From NCBI GenBank assembly GCA_963727625.1, contig CAVSHR010000004.1:960001-1024000 (forward strand): a stretch of 64,000 bases of DNA. The letters run 5' to 3'. Made by a program: the position numbers and the translations under genes. The notes under the pieces are model-generated. The model was given only the letters and a program-made list of their open reading frames with translations. It was not told the DNA's origin and did no database searches. Origin of the DNA: an uncultured delta proteobacterium. Its GTDB lineage: Bacteria; Desulfobacterota; Binatia; UBA9968. Shown piece after piece: positions 19,402 to 29,441 of this stretch (its first letter is position 1; the number at the start of each line of letters is the position of its first letter).

Positions 19402-20379
19402 TTAAAGTTCGCGAGCTAATTTGACGACTTGACTCCTTGCCTCCTGGGTGCCCATGGGTAGCAAAATCGGCAAGCTTAGGCCGCCTTGGAGAAACTTCTC
19501 CAATTGCGCGCCGCATTCCTTTACGGTTCCGCAAACGGAATGAGCAAACACGACTTCGTCGCTGATGAATTTCTTCGCCGCCTCCCAGTCGCGCTTGGCC
19601 ACCGCGGCCGCCAGACCTTCTTGATCGACCTTGCCGCCGCCCAGGCGAATGTTTTCGGCGTGATGGGTATTGCGGAAAATATAGGCGAGAAAAAGCTTGT
19701 TCGCTTCGACCGCTTCGCGCGCGTCGTCGGCGACTGCCGCGGTCACGAAACCAGCCACGTCCACTTCGCTCCGCGACTTGCCTGCCTTGGCCGCGCCCTT
19801 GGCGATCTCGACGACGCTACGTTTGATATATGCCGGCGCGCAACCGGCGGAGAGCAGCACGCCGTCGCCGATTTCGCCGCCGAGCTGCAACATGCGCGCG
19901 CGCACCGCCGTAATATACATGGGAACCGTCGCCTCGGGCACAAAGCTTATTTTGGCGCCGCGGACGGTAAATACCTTGCCCTGGTAGTTCACCGTCTCAC
20001 CTTTAAGATAGCGCCGTAGGATCTCCACGTATTCGCGCATGGTCTGGAGCGGGTGAGGCGATTCGATGCCGGCTTCTTTGAGCGCCGCGGCATTGCCCGT
20101 GCCGGGCCCGGCAATCACCCGCCCCGGCGCGAACTCATCCATGGTGGCAATCGACATGGCCGTGATGATCGGATTGCGCGAATAGGGGCTCATCGGCGCC
20201 GGCGCCAGTTTGATTTTCTTGGTTGTCGCCAGCAGCGCCATCGAGGTGGTCAGAGAATCGCGGAAACAGAGATGATCGGACATCCACACTGACTCCATGC
20301 CGGTATCGTCGGCAAGCCGGGCCAGCTCGATCATTTCCTGGATCGAATAAAATCCATCAAAGCATAATCCGATGCGCAT
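19402..20379 (-). CDS. LLM-class oxidoreductase (Mer-like)
   Basis: VWMSDH, DE.APGR and GEIGDGVLL motifs. Confidence 0.88.
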   Translation of the reverse strand: MRIGLCFDGFYSIQEMIELARLADDTGMESVWMSDHLCFRDSLTTSMALLATTKKIKLAPAPMSPYSRNPIITAMSIATMDEFAPGRVIAGPGTGNAAALKEAGIESPHPLQTMREYVEILRRYLKGETVNYQGKVFTVRGAKISFVPEATVPMYITAVRARMLQLGGEIGDGVLLSAGCAPAYIKRSVVEIAKGAAKAGKSRSEVDVAGFVTAAVADDAREAVEANKLFLAYIFRNTHHAENIRLGGGKVDQEGLAAAVAKRDWEAAKKFISDEVVFAHSVCGTVKECGAQLEKFLQGGLSLPILLPMGTQEARSQVVKLAREL

Positions 20380-20455
20380 ATCGTATCTCCTGGGTCTCGT
20401 CTTCGCGACCGGTTAAGTCAGATTCTAAAAAGCGCCGCCGAACACTCCTCATTCC

Positions 20456-20567
20456 GTCATCCTGTGCCGAAGGCGAAGGATCTGCTTTGTTAAGGAGATT
20501 GGACGATTATTTTAGTGTGCTTAAGCATCAAATGCAGATCTTTCGTCGCCCGGCTCCTCAAGATGAC
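20456..20567. repeat. GTCATCCTG...GAAGGATCT / AGATC.TTCG...ATGAC palindromic element, family E
   Basis: Inverted arms gtcatcctg..cgaaggatctgc and gcagatctttcg..caagatgac around an AT-rich spacer. Confidence 0.75.
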
Positions 20568-20597
20568 AGCTCGCGGAAGCAAATAACGAACCGCATG

Positions 20598-21704
20598 CTA
20601 AAAACCGTCGTGCAGAACCTTGGGCAATATTTCCGGATTGACGTTTGCCAGCCCCATTTTCTCCAGCGTCAATCCTTCTTCGCGAAAATTCACGCCGAGG
20701 GCCGTCGACGCCAGCGTGATCAACGCATCCATCACCGGGGTATGGACGCCCATCAGCTTGCCGATCTCGGCCATCGGCACAAGACCGTAGCCAATATCTT
20801 CTCGGATGTAGCGATGATCGAGCGACGGCGGAGATTTGATAGTCTTATTCGGTTCGCTCTCGTGGATCGCATGATAAGCCAAACCGCGGTCGCGCGCCTC
20901 GGCTGTGGTGAGTCCGGCTTGATAAAAAATATCGACGAAACGCAGCGGCTGTAGACCGATCGACCGAACGATCGCCATGCGCTCCGCGTCGACCGCGTCG
21001 ATCCAAGCGCCGATGGCCGGCGTCACCCCTTCGCGATACCAGAGAAAATCGCCGCTGGTTTTTTCGATCCAGCCGGCGTTGCCGAGCATGCCGGCGGGAT
21101 GCATGACCGCATTGATGTTGGAGAAGCCGGTCTCCAACACGTTTTCCGCCGCGACGACATTCGGAAAGACCGCTTGAATGTCCTCCACTAGCGCGCCGGT
21201 ATGCTTTCCCGGAAATGCCGCGCACCCCAGATGGGTCGTGCGCCGGTAGACCTCCACTTTCCCGGGTTCGGACATGCGGCAGATGTAGGTCAAGGTCACC
21301 GTTTCACACAGCCGGACATCGCCGGTGCAGCCAAATTCTCGTAACAGATGAGCGAAATGGAGCGAGCCGCCGGTATGGCCGGGGTTGAGCAAAATCCGCT
21401 GGCCGTCGTTGAGATAGTTTGCCAAGTTCCGTGCGAGATACTCATGCGCCACCGACGGTGCCGCAATGACGATGAGATCGACACCCTGCACCACCGGCGG
21501 CAAATGCGGGCTCATAAAGTACGGCGCCGCGGATTTTCTTTCGCCGCCCTCGATGAACTCGATCTCGCCGCGCCTGGCGAGCTTGGCGATGGTGCTTTCC
21601 GACCTCGAGAAAAGACGTACTTGAAAACCGCGCAAAGTCAGATCGGCGGCCGCGGCGCACCCGCCATTGCCAGCGCCCAACACCGCGATTTTTTTGATGG
21701 CCAT
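20598..21704 (-). CDS. NAD/NADP octopine/nopaline (opine) dehydrogenase family
   Basis: GAGNGG Rossmann motif, N.NAVMHP, VD.ER..I and HRYI.EDI.YGLVP. Confidence 0.9.
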   Translation of the reverse strand: MAIKKIAVLGAGNGGCAAAADLTLRGFQVRLFSRSESTIAKLARRGEIEFIEGGERKSAAPYFMSPHLPPVVQGVDLIVIAAPSVAHEYLARNLANYLNDGQRILLNPGHTGGSLHFAHLLREFGCTGDVRLCETVTLTYICRMSEPGKVEVYRRTTHLGCAAFPGKHTGALVEDIQAVFPNVVAAENVLETGFSNINAVMHPAGMLGNAGWIEKTSGDFLWYREGVTPAIGAWIDAVDAERMAIVRSIGLQPLRFVDIFYQAGLTTAEARDRGLAYHAIHESEPNKTIKSPPSLDHRYIREDIGYGLVPMAEIGKLMGVHTPVMDALITLASTALGVNFREEGLTLEKMGLANVNPEILPKVLHDGF

Positions 21705-21717
21705 TGAATTACGGAGG

Positions 21718-21741
21718 GTAGGGGCGCAATTCATTGCGCCC
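21718..21741 (+). repeat. GTAG-type REP element
   Basis: GTAG foot followed by the hairpin gggcgcaat-tc-attgcgccc. Confidence 0.75.
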
Positions 21742-21748
21742 GGTGAAT

Positions 21749-22903
21749 TTAAGAAAAACGGTACTGCTTTAGTTTATCTTCGTCGAGCTCGATGCCCAGC
21801 CCGGGCTTCGAAGAAACGATGATGTCGCCGTCGGCGTAGTCGAACGCCTCGGCAATGATGTCGTCCTGATAATAGATGCCCGCGATCCCGCCTTTGCCCT
21901 TGCCCTTCGGCGCCGACACCGGCACGACGCAGCCGTAGGTGACTATTCCTGTGGAGGCGGCGAGATGAACATTGGCCGCGTTGCCGACACCGGTCTCCAC
22001 CGAGCCGTTGACATTGCAACCGAGTCCCGCGGCCTCAGCAACGGCCGCCACTTTTTTGGCCTTGAACATACCGCCCGGCTTGGTCGTGTAAATCGAGATC
22101 ATGTCCGCGGCATTTTTCTGGACGATCTCGATCACGTCTTCCGGCGTCCATGCACTCTCGTCAGCCATGATCGGGGTATCGACGCGACGCGCCACTTCGG
22201 CCATCTGGTCGACGCCTTCCACCGGCTGTTCCATGTAAAGGAGATCGAACTCTTCCATCGCCTTGGTTATTTTCACTGCGGCCTTGGCGCTCGGATAACC
22301 TTGATTGGCGTCGACGCAAATTTTTAGTTCAGGGCCGATCGCCGCGCGAATTTGTCTCACGAGTTCCACATCACGCCTTTGATCAATGCCCCCTTTGAGT
22401 TTGATCGTTTTCACCCCTTCCGATTTGACCAGCACGGCTTCTTCGACAGCCTTCTCAATTTCCATCAAACCGAGGCTATGGGCGATCGGCACGCGCTCGC
22501 GGAAGAGCCCGCCCAAAAGTTGATAGACCGGAACTTTCAGCGCCTTGCCGACGACGTCGAAGAGCGCCGCGTCGATGGCCGCCTTGCAGTAAGGATAACC
22601 TTTGACGGCCTTGTCCATCAGCGCATGAACCGACTCGAAACGACCCGGATCCTGCCCCGCCAACGCGGGCGCGATAATGTCGTTGATGACATGCATCGTC
22701 GTTTGCGGCGTCTCGCCGAAATATTTGCCGTGGTCGCCGCCCCAGTCTTTCAACACCGGCGCTTCGCCGAGACCGATCAAACCTTCGTCAGTGTGAAGCT
22801 TAATAATCACATACACGCCGATGGGCGTAGTAAGGCTCGCCCACCGGTGCACGCGCCGGGTCGGCAGGCGAATCGGAATGGTTTCGATCTTGGTGATTTT
22901 CAT
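21749..22903 (-). CDS. Enolase superfamily, muconate cycloisomerase/dipeptide epimerase subgroup
   Basis: KLK, VDANQ, EQP and ADES metal-ligand motifs. Confidence 0.88.
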   Translation of the reverse strand: MKITKIETIPIRLPTRRVHRWASLTTPIGVYVIIKLHTDEGLIGLGEAPVLKDWGGDHGKYFGETPQTTMHVINDIIAPALAGQDPGRFESVHALMDKAVKGYPYCKAAIDAALFDVVGKALKVPVYQLLGGLFRERVPIAHSLGLMEIEKAVEEAVLVKSEGVKTIKLKGGIDQRRDVELVRQIRAAIGPELKICVDANQGYPSAKAAVKITKAMEEFDLLYMEQPVEGVDQMAEVARRVDTPIMADESAWTPEDVIEIVQKNAADMISIYTTKPGGMFKAKKVAAVAEAAGLGCNVNGSVETGVGNAANVHLAASTGIVTYGCVVPVSAPKGKGKGGIAGIYYQDDIIAEAFDYADGDIIVSSKPGLGIELDEDKLKQYRFS

Positions 22904-22909
22904 GGCGGC

Positions 22910-24022
22910 TCAACCCACGCTTAACAGCGCGTCCGTCGGAAAGACGTCGGAAAGCAGCTCGCAGCCGTTTTCGGTCACACAAAACATGTCCTTGTTCTGC
23001 ATGCCGAAGCGGCCTGGAATATAAAGCAGCGGCTCGAACGCGCCGACCATCCCGGCTTCGACGGTTTCGTTACCGTATCGTCCCATATAGGGCTCCTCGT
23101 GCAGGTGCAGCCCAATGCCGTGGGCGACGAAACTGATCGGCGCGAAACCGAGTTCGCTGAACTTCTGGAGAAACTTTCGATAAACCTCGGCGCAGCTGGC
23201 GCCGGGTTTGATCAAATCCATCACGAGATATTTACACTCGATCAGGTTCGACCAGATCTTGTATTGCTCGGGCGTCGCGTCGCCGACCACGGCCGTGCGG
23301 CATACGCCGGCGAGATAGCCATTTTTCTGACCGAAGATCTCCATGCGGATAATGTCGCCACTCCGCAGTTTACGATCCGTCGGCCCGACGTTGGGAAACT
23401 GGCTGCGCTCGCCGGAAGCGATGATCATCAGCTTGTGGCTATCCGCTCCGCCGCTGAATAGCGAAGTCAGCAGCCGGCCGGCGAGCTCGAGCTCGCTTAT
23501 CCCGACTTTCGCCGAGCGTAGCGTGTCGCCGAGCGCCTTGTCGGTGAGCTTGCTCAGAGACCGAAGCAGCGCCAGTTCGTCGAAGGTCTTGATCTGCCGC
23601 GCCTTGTTGAAGATCGCATCCGCTGCGGCCCACTGCACAGCGGGAAGTTCCTTTTGCAGCGTAGCGAAATCTTTTGCCGGCAGAAATTCCAGTTCCACCC
23701 CGACTCTCCCTCCATCGAGCTTCAAGTCCTTCAGCGCATCGGCAAGCTTGTCCATCGGATCGTCGGTAAACTCGCGATAGACCCTGAGATCGCCGATGCC
23801 CGCGTGCGTCCGCACCGTGGTTGCTTCCATGTCGATCGCGATCATACAAATCCGCCCATCGGCAGTCAAAACACATGCGGCGTGGCGCCATCGCATGAGT
23901 GACTGCGAGGGAACAACGAAACCAGAAACGTAGGTGACATTTTCCGGGGAGATAGCGACGATGGCATCGAGCTTTTCAGCGGCAATGCGCTTGTTGAGTC
24001 GCGAAATGATTTCCCGGTCCAT
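22910..24022 (-). CDS. M24/creatinase (pita-bread fold) family protein
   Basis: ENVTYVSGF, R.IKT..E, HGIGL..HE.P and FEP motifs. Confidence 0.85.
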   Translation of the reverse strand: MDREIISRLNKRIAAEKLDAIVAISPENVTYVSGFVVPSQSLMRWRHAACVLTADGRICMIAIDMEATTVRTHAGIGDLRVYREFTDDPMDKLADALKDLKLDGGRVGVELEFLPAKDFATLQKELPAVQWAAADAIFNKARQIKTFDELALLRSLSKLTDKALGDTLRSAKVGISELELAGRLLTSLFSGGADSHKLMIIASGERSQFPNVGPTDRKLRSGDIIRMEIFGQKNGYLAGVCRTAVVGDATPEQYKIWSNLIECKYLVMDLIKPGASCAEVYRKFLQKFSELGFAPISFVAHGIGLHLHEEPYMGRYGNETVEAGMVGAFEPLLYIPGRFGMQNKDMFCVTENGCELLSDVFPTDALLSVG

Positions 24023-24138
24023 TTGGCTTGAATCGTAAAATGGGAGAATAGCGGCTGCTTCCCGGAGCGTCAAGCGAAGGACAGATGACCTGGCGGTGAC
24101 TCCGCGGGGCATTGTATTCGATGCACCGGAAAACGGTT

Positions 24139-25098
24139 TCAACCATCATTGGGCGATTTACTCTTGCTCAAAATCCACTCCACCGCCGGATCGCCGCTCT
24201 CGTCTTGCATGCGCATGAGTAAATTTTTGCCGCTCAACTTGCCCCAGTAGCGGTTTTCGCGCTGGCGAGTTTCAGCGCCGGCGACCTCGTTGAAACGAAC
24301 AAAGAACGAGAAGCCGTCGCCTTCCAGCTTGCCATCCTCGATCCCGCGCGCGCGGCCGAGAAACCCGGCCGTGCCGAATATCTTCTTGCCCTCCGGTCGG
24401 AAGAAAAACTGCTCAGAGTACTTAGCGCCCCAGCTGTATGTAACCTCACCCGCCCAACCGCCGGCGATCGCCGCCGCGGTGGCGCCTCTTTCGGATTCCT
24501 GCTCTTTGCTTCGCTGCCACCACAACGCGAAGGTCACCAGCAGTACGATAAGCGGCACCTTCCATATAAACCTGCGCAGTAATTTGTTTCGCAGATCGTG
24601 GCTCTTACGATCCTTGATGATCCGACTTTGTCCTTGCAAACCGGATGCCTTTGCGAGTGCGCCGATCAATTCGCCTGCGTCGCGCTGAAAATCCCGGTCG
24701 TTCAATGTCAAGGCGTTGCGCCCTGCCAACGGGCGGAGATCCGCCCGCAGTTCTTCAGCTTTAGGCATCTGCGCGCCGCCCACCAGGACTGGAATGACCA
24801 GCACGTTTCGTTGCAACGCCAGCACGACTTCGAGACCAACGAAGTCGTTGGGGTCGCTCAGGCGCAGATGTCCCTCGGCATTGCGGGTCGTGAGCCAATC
24901 CTTGCCGATCACCACCACCATCGCGTCGCAGGATCCGACTTTGAGATCAATCTGCCGGGCAAAGTCAGCACCCGGCGGAATATCGTCGACGTCCATGAAG
25001 ACTTGATCCGCGCCAAAGCGAGCCGACAAACGGTCATATAGCCGGCCGGCATACGCAGAGCTGTCTTCCCTGCGATAGCTGATAAAAATTCCGGACAT
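24139..25098 (-). CDS. TIR_2-domain membrane protein
   Basis: IFISYRREDS, VFMDVDDI.PG.DF and DFV.LE motifs; one TM helix; C-terminal beta-rich domain. Confidence 0.88.
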   Translation of the reverse strand: MSGIFISYRREDSSAYAGRLYDRLSARFGADQVFMDVDDIPPGADFARQIDLKVGSCDAMVVVIGKDWLTTRNAEGHLRLSDPNDFVGLEVVLALQRNVLVIPVLVGGAQMPKAEELRADLRPLAGRNALTLNDRDFQRDAGELIGALAKASGLQGQSRIIKDRKSHDLRNKLLRRFIWKVPLIVLLVTFALWWQRSKEQESERGATAAAIAGGWAGEVTYSWGAKYSEQFFFRPEGKKIFGTAGFLGRARGIEDGKLEGDGFSFFVRFNEVAGAETRQRENRYWGKLSGKNLLMRMQDESGDPAVEWILSKSKSPNDG

Positions 25099-25279
25099 CG
25101 ATCGTGAAAAGATCGCCGGCGCTCAAGGCACCCGCAGCAATACGGGCTTTGATCGGTGAATCTTTTGAGCTGACGGAAAATGATATCGGCTTTTCGATGG
25201 AAATGTCCAAGCCGACGAGATTTGATGGAATTTTGCCGATGTGTCGCGCTGTCCAGCGGAAAGTCGCCGCGCAGAACAA

Positions 25280-26257
25280 CTATTTACCGCTTGCTTCGCG
25301 CTTCACCTCCCTGAGGAAACTAAAATCGGCGACCTTGTCGATCGGGATTTCACCGATTTTTTTGTCGCGCCGGCGGATAAGGTCGAAATGGACTTTCAAT
25401 TGTTTTTCTCCGATGATGCCGTCTTCATTAAGCGCTTTGATGATTCGTTGATAGGACTCCTGGGCGATCTCGGAGTCGACTTTCCATTCGTTTTGAATCA
25501 CGTCGATAGTTCCCTCGGGATTGTCCTTGGCGTAGCGCAAGCCACGATAGAGCGCCCTCACGACTTTTTTAACTTCGTCCGGATGCTCCTTGATACGCTG
25601 GTCCGTGGTGGCATAGCCGTTACTGGCAAACTCGACCACGTCGCCGACGAATGAGACGACATGGTAGCCCTCGCGTTTGAGAATGGCGACGGCGGGCACC
25701 GGTACGATGATCGCGCTCACCGATCCCGCGCGCAGCGCGGCCATCCGGGTGCCCTCGGAACCAATCTGAATGAGCACGGCATCTTTTTCCGGTTCAATGC
25801 CGAAGTGCCTGAGCACCAGGCGCGCCGAAAGATCGGAGGTGCCGCCGAACTGGCTGACTCCCACTCGTTTGCCCTTAAGCTCGGCCACCGAGTTAATGTC
25901 TTTTTGTGCCACTAAAAAATACATGGGGCGGTCGGCGCCGTAAAAGATCACTTTCAGCGGCAAGCCGCGCGCAGCCAGACGTAGGGCTGAATCAGCCAGG
26001 CCGTGATACTGCACCTCTCCCGCTAAAAGCGCGTTTTGCGCAATCGACGGCCGCAGCCGCGGCAGCTCGATGTCCAACCCCTCGTCTTTGAAAAACCCTC
26101 GATGCACCGCGACAAACAGCGGCAGGTAGCCCATCGAATTCCCCGGCAGCGCGAACTTGATGGCATCGGCGGCCAACGCAGAAACATTCGTACCCGCGAA
26201 ATTTACGGCAAAAGCGACGGCAGCGATCACGAGACAGCGAGAAAAACGTCTTTGCAT
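25280..26257 (-). CDS. NMT1/THI5-like (SsuA/TauA-type) substrate-binding protein
   Basis: Signal peptide, GFFKDEGLD.E and LKGKRVGV motifs. Confidence 0.88.
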   Translation of the reverse strand: MQRRFSRCLVIAAVAFAVNFAGTNVSALAADAIKFALPGNSMGYLPLFVAVHRGFFKDEGLDIELPRLRPSIAQNALLAGEVQYHGLADSALRLAARGLPLKVIFYGADRPMYFLVAQKDINSVAELKGKRVGVSQFGGTSDLSARLVLRHFGIEPEKDAVLIQIGSEGTRMAALRAGSVSAIIVPVPAVAILKREGYHVVSFVGDVVEFASNGYATTDQRIKEHPDEVKKVVRALYRGLRYAKDNPEGTIDVIQNEWKVDSEIAQESYQRIIKALNEDGIIGEKQLKVHFDLIRRRDKKIGEIPIDKVADFSFLREVKREASGK

Positions 26258-26395
26258 TACACGAGCCTCCCAAACTGATGCTAGAGCCTAAGCAACGAAA
26301 TTTATCGAAACAATTTTCGCCTAACACGCGCGTTTCGTTGAGTCAAGGCTGACAGCGGGACAATGCGGTGCATCCGATCGAGCCCGCGCCGATAA

Positions 26396-28132
26396 TCAAA
26401 CATGGGGTCGCTCGCTCCGCCTCAACGCTTCCGTCGAGCGACGATCCACAGACATGGTTTGGACATCGATGGCCACCCCGTAATCTTCGCGCGCGCCAGC
26501 GATCGACACATAGCCGTCGAGCACATCGCCGAGCACCAACTCCGGATCGCGTTCGAACGGATCCCCGTAGCCGCCGCCGGCATTCATATTGACTCGCACG
26601 ACATCACCCGGCTTGAGCGGGGCTTCGCGAGCCGTCTCCGGCAGCTCCTCTCCATTTACGGCGTAGGCGCCGGTGCGCGCAGCTTTGCCGCCGAGCACGC
26701 CCCAGGGAGGGAATTTGCTGCGCATATCGCCCTTGCCTCGCACGCGCACGGCAGCATCTTCAAGTAATTGATATTCGCGCGTGCAGCCGAGGCCGCCGCG
26801 AAATTTTCCCGGCCCACCCGAGTCCGTGCGCACGTCGAAACGCAGGACACGCATGGGAAATTCGGTTTCGTGGATTTCGATAGGCCCCGGACGAAACTGG
26901 CCGACGCCAAGCGTCCCATGAATCAGGGACACGCCGTCTTGCTTGCTGCTGCCGCCCAAGGCAGTGTCGAGTAATTCCATGAAAACCCAGGCCGTGCCGC
27001 TGCTGGAGCCAGCGCTGGTGATGCGCACCCCGCCCCCTCCGCCTGAGGAGCCTACCGCTCGCTCAGGAAGGAATTTCCCCAAGGCATGCAGCACCACGTC
27101 GGCAGTGAGATAAGCCAACGGCACGTAATAGGACACCGGCGCGCCCATGCGCGGGCAGACGATGGTGCCTTCTTTAAACTTTGTCCGCACCACATCGACA
27201 AAGCCGTGATTGAACGGGAGGCTGGCATCGGTCATCGCCATCAATCCGAAGTAACAAGTGTTCTTGATCAACGCCGGCGTGACGTTGACCGGGCCGCGCG
27301 CCTGGTCGTCGGACGCGCTGAAGTCGAAGAGAATGTCGTCGTGTTTTTTCTCCACGATGACGTGAACCCGGCGCGGCCGGTCGTGGCTGATGCCGTCGTG
27401 GTCGAGCAAGCCCTCGGCTTCATGTCTGCCATCCGGCATCGCCGCCAAAGCGGTTCGCAACTGCCCGGCGACCCGCGCCATCAGCTCGACACAGCCGTCG
27501 CGCACGGTGTCGACGCCGAAGCGATTGCAGAGCTCGCGCATGCGCTCGGCGCCGACGCGGCAGGCTGCCACCTGGCCGCGCAAATCGCCCAGGGTCTCCA
27601 CGGGAATGCGGCTGTTGGCGGCAATGAATCGCTCGATCTCCGGGTTGACCTTGCCGCGGGAATAGAGCTTGGTCGGTGGAATAACCAGACCTTCCTCCCA
27701 AATATCCCGTGCCAGCGTCGCGGCGCGCGGCCCGCCCAAGTCCGCCTTGTGCGCCAGCGTCGCGGTGAAACCGACAAGCTTGCCGGAGACGAACACCGGC
27801 ATCAGAATCACCGTATCATTGGGATGGGTGACGTTGCCGGCGTAGGGATGGTTAAAAACGATGACATCACCATCTTCAAGATCTTCACGCTGGTAATAGC
27901 GCGGCAGATGCTCGGCCACCGCCGCGAAGGAGCCGAAGTGCAGCGGCAACTTTTTCGACACCGCGACGGTGCGCAGCTCGGCGTCGAGCAACCCGGCGCT
28001 GCCGTCCTCGGACTCGCGCAGCACCGTCGAGTAGCCGCTGTGAAACAGCACGACCCGCATCTCTTCGATGATGCTGGTGACTTTAGAGTGAATGAGCTCC
28101 AGAGTTATAGGATCGAGATCAGCCATCGTCAT
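26396..28132 (-). CDS. Hydantoinase B/oxoprolinase family protein
   Basis: DPITLE, YS.VLRES.D, H.ND, DSGGPGKFRGGLG and GGGYGDP.ERD motifs. Confidence 0.92.
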   Translation of the reverse strand: MTMADLDPITLELIHSKVTSIIEEMRVVLFHSGYSTVLRESEDGSAGLLDAELRTVAVSKKLPLHFGSFAAVAEHLPRYYQREDLEDGDVIVFNHPYAGNVTHPNDTVILMPVFVSGKLVGFTATLAHKADLGGPRAATLARDIWEEGLVIPPTKLYSRGKVNPEIERFIAANSRIPVETLGDLRGQVAACRVGAERMRELCNRFGVDTVRDGCVELMARVAGQLRTALAAMPDGRHEAEGLLDHDGISHDRPRRVHVIVEKKHDDILFDFSASDDQARGPVNVTPALIKNTCYFGLMAMTDASLPFNHGFVDVVRTKFKEGTIVCPRMGAPVSYYVPLAYLTADVVLHALGKFLPERAVGSSGGGGGVRITSAGSSSGTAWVFMELLDTALGGSSKQDGVSLIHGTLGVGQFRPGPIEIHETEFPMRVLRFDVRTDSGGPGKFRGGLGCTREYQLLEDAAVRVRGKGDMRSKFPPWGVLGGKAARTGAYAVNGEELPETAREAPLKPGDVVRVNMNAGGGYGDPFERDPELVLGDVLDGYVSIAGAREDYGVAIDVQTMSVDRRSTEALRRSERPHV

Positions 28133-28171
28133 TATTCTGACTCCCTTGATTGGCGGCTTTTGCCCGCTTTA

Positions 28172-29422
28172 TCAATTTCCTGTTCTGATCAATTCCAACG
28201 GAAACTTGTTGAGACAGCGCGGGCCGGTTGCTTCGATCGCAAAGAAGTCGCCGACAAACAGACCGCGTGTGTGGCTCGGGTCGACGATATGCATCTGCAA
28301 AGTGAACACATGGCCGGGTTGGTAGACCAGCCGTCCGTCTTGATCGAAAAGATAGCGATCCTCGGCGCTCTGAACCCGGTCAAAGCCGATTTGCGGCTCG
28401 TGGCGTGGATTGGCGCCGAGCATGCCCTGGAGAAAGCCCCCGTAAAATTCGAAGCCGGTGTCGCGAATGAATTCCATCGCCGCGATCGAATCGTCGCTGC
28501 TCTTCCCCGGGTAAAGCGTCGGCACCAGCCGGCGGTAGCCCTCCTGGGCGACCTCGAACAGCGCTTGGTACTCTGCCGTCACATCGCCGGTCACGACCGG
28601 CCGGCCGCACTGGGCTTCGTAGCCGTTGTAGAAAATCCCCAGCTCGTTGTTGATGATATCGCGGTCACCGATGATCCGCTGCACCGGACGGGGCCGCTGA
28701 TCGTTAACGTCGGGATCGAGCATGGAGCAAGAGCCGATCTGAATCATGCCCATCTCGCCGCCTGCCTTGAGCACCGCTTCGTGGACGATGCCAAACACCT
28801 CCCCTTCGGTCATTCCCGGCTTCACCCGCTCCCGCATGGCTCTCAGGCCGATATCACCCAGCTCCGCCGAGCGTTCGAGAAATTGAATCTCCTCGGCGCT
28901 CTTCAACAGGCGCAAAGCGATAAATTCTTTGGTCACGAAGACAAACTGCGCCCGGGGCAGATTGGCCGTAAAGAATTCCCAGTGATTCTTCGGAATCGAG
29001 GTGTAGGGATCGTATTCGACGATGCCGATGCGCCCCTTGTCGTAGCCGCGGTCTTTGATTTCGTTGACGATCGCGCCGAGCACGCTTGGCTTGCCGACGA
29101 TCACGTTGCGCACCGCGGTGCGCGCCAGCATGCCCCCGGCCAACGAATGCCCCGGACGAGTCACCACCGCGGGCTCGCCCTCCTTCGGAAAAAAGCAGTA
29201 GGTGGCCATCTCCGCCTTGCCCATCATGTTGGTGACGTAGCGCAGGTTAAACCACAGCCGCCCGTAGGCAGCGGAGCCGCCGACGATCAGCAGACAATCG
29301 AGATTGAGCCCGCGCATCATCTTGCGGATGTTGGCGTAGCGCCGTTCGTACTCGGCCTTGGAAAAGCGCGGGTAGGGAAAGCGCTTTTGCATGCGCTCCA
29401 GTTCTTCGTTCGTTAGCAGCAT
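28172..29422 (-). CDS. M24/creatinase-fold protein lacking metal ligands
   Basis: FS..EY.RR, R.LKS.EEI and KPGMTE motifs. Confidence 0.8.
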   Translation of the reverse strand: MLLTNEELERMQKRFPYPRFSKAEYERRYANIRKMMRGLNLDCLLIVGGSAAYGRLWFNLRYVTNMMGKAEMATYCFFPKEGEPAVVTRPGHSLAGGMLARTAVRNVIVGKPSVLGAIVNEIKDRGYDKGRIGIVEYDPYTSIPKNHWEFFTANLPRAQFVFVTKEFIALRLLKSAEEIQFLERSAELGDIGLRAMRERVKPGMTEGEVFGIVHEAVLKAGGEMGMIQIGSCSMLDPDVNDQRPRPVQRIIGDRDIINNELGIFYNGYEAQCGRPVVTGDVTAEYQALFEVAQEGYRRLVPTLYPGKSSDDSIAAMEFIRDTGFEFYGGFLQGMLGANPRHEPQIGFDRVQSAEDRYLFDQDGRLVYQPGHVFTLQMHIVDPSHTRGLFVGDFFAIEATGPRCLNKFPLELIRTGN

Positions 29423-29441
29423 CGGTTCCCTCAAGGAGCTT

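Noticed and set aside
27086-29416. 776-aa + strand ORF, and similar long antisense ORFs (10519..11607, 11972..12976, 31648..32754, 34530..35654, 58134..59108)
   Set aside because: They are shadows of well-supported genes on the opposite strand in GC-rich DNA and have no recognisable motifs.
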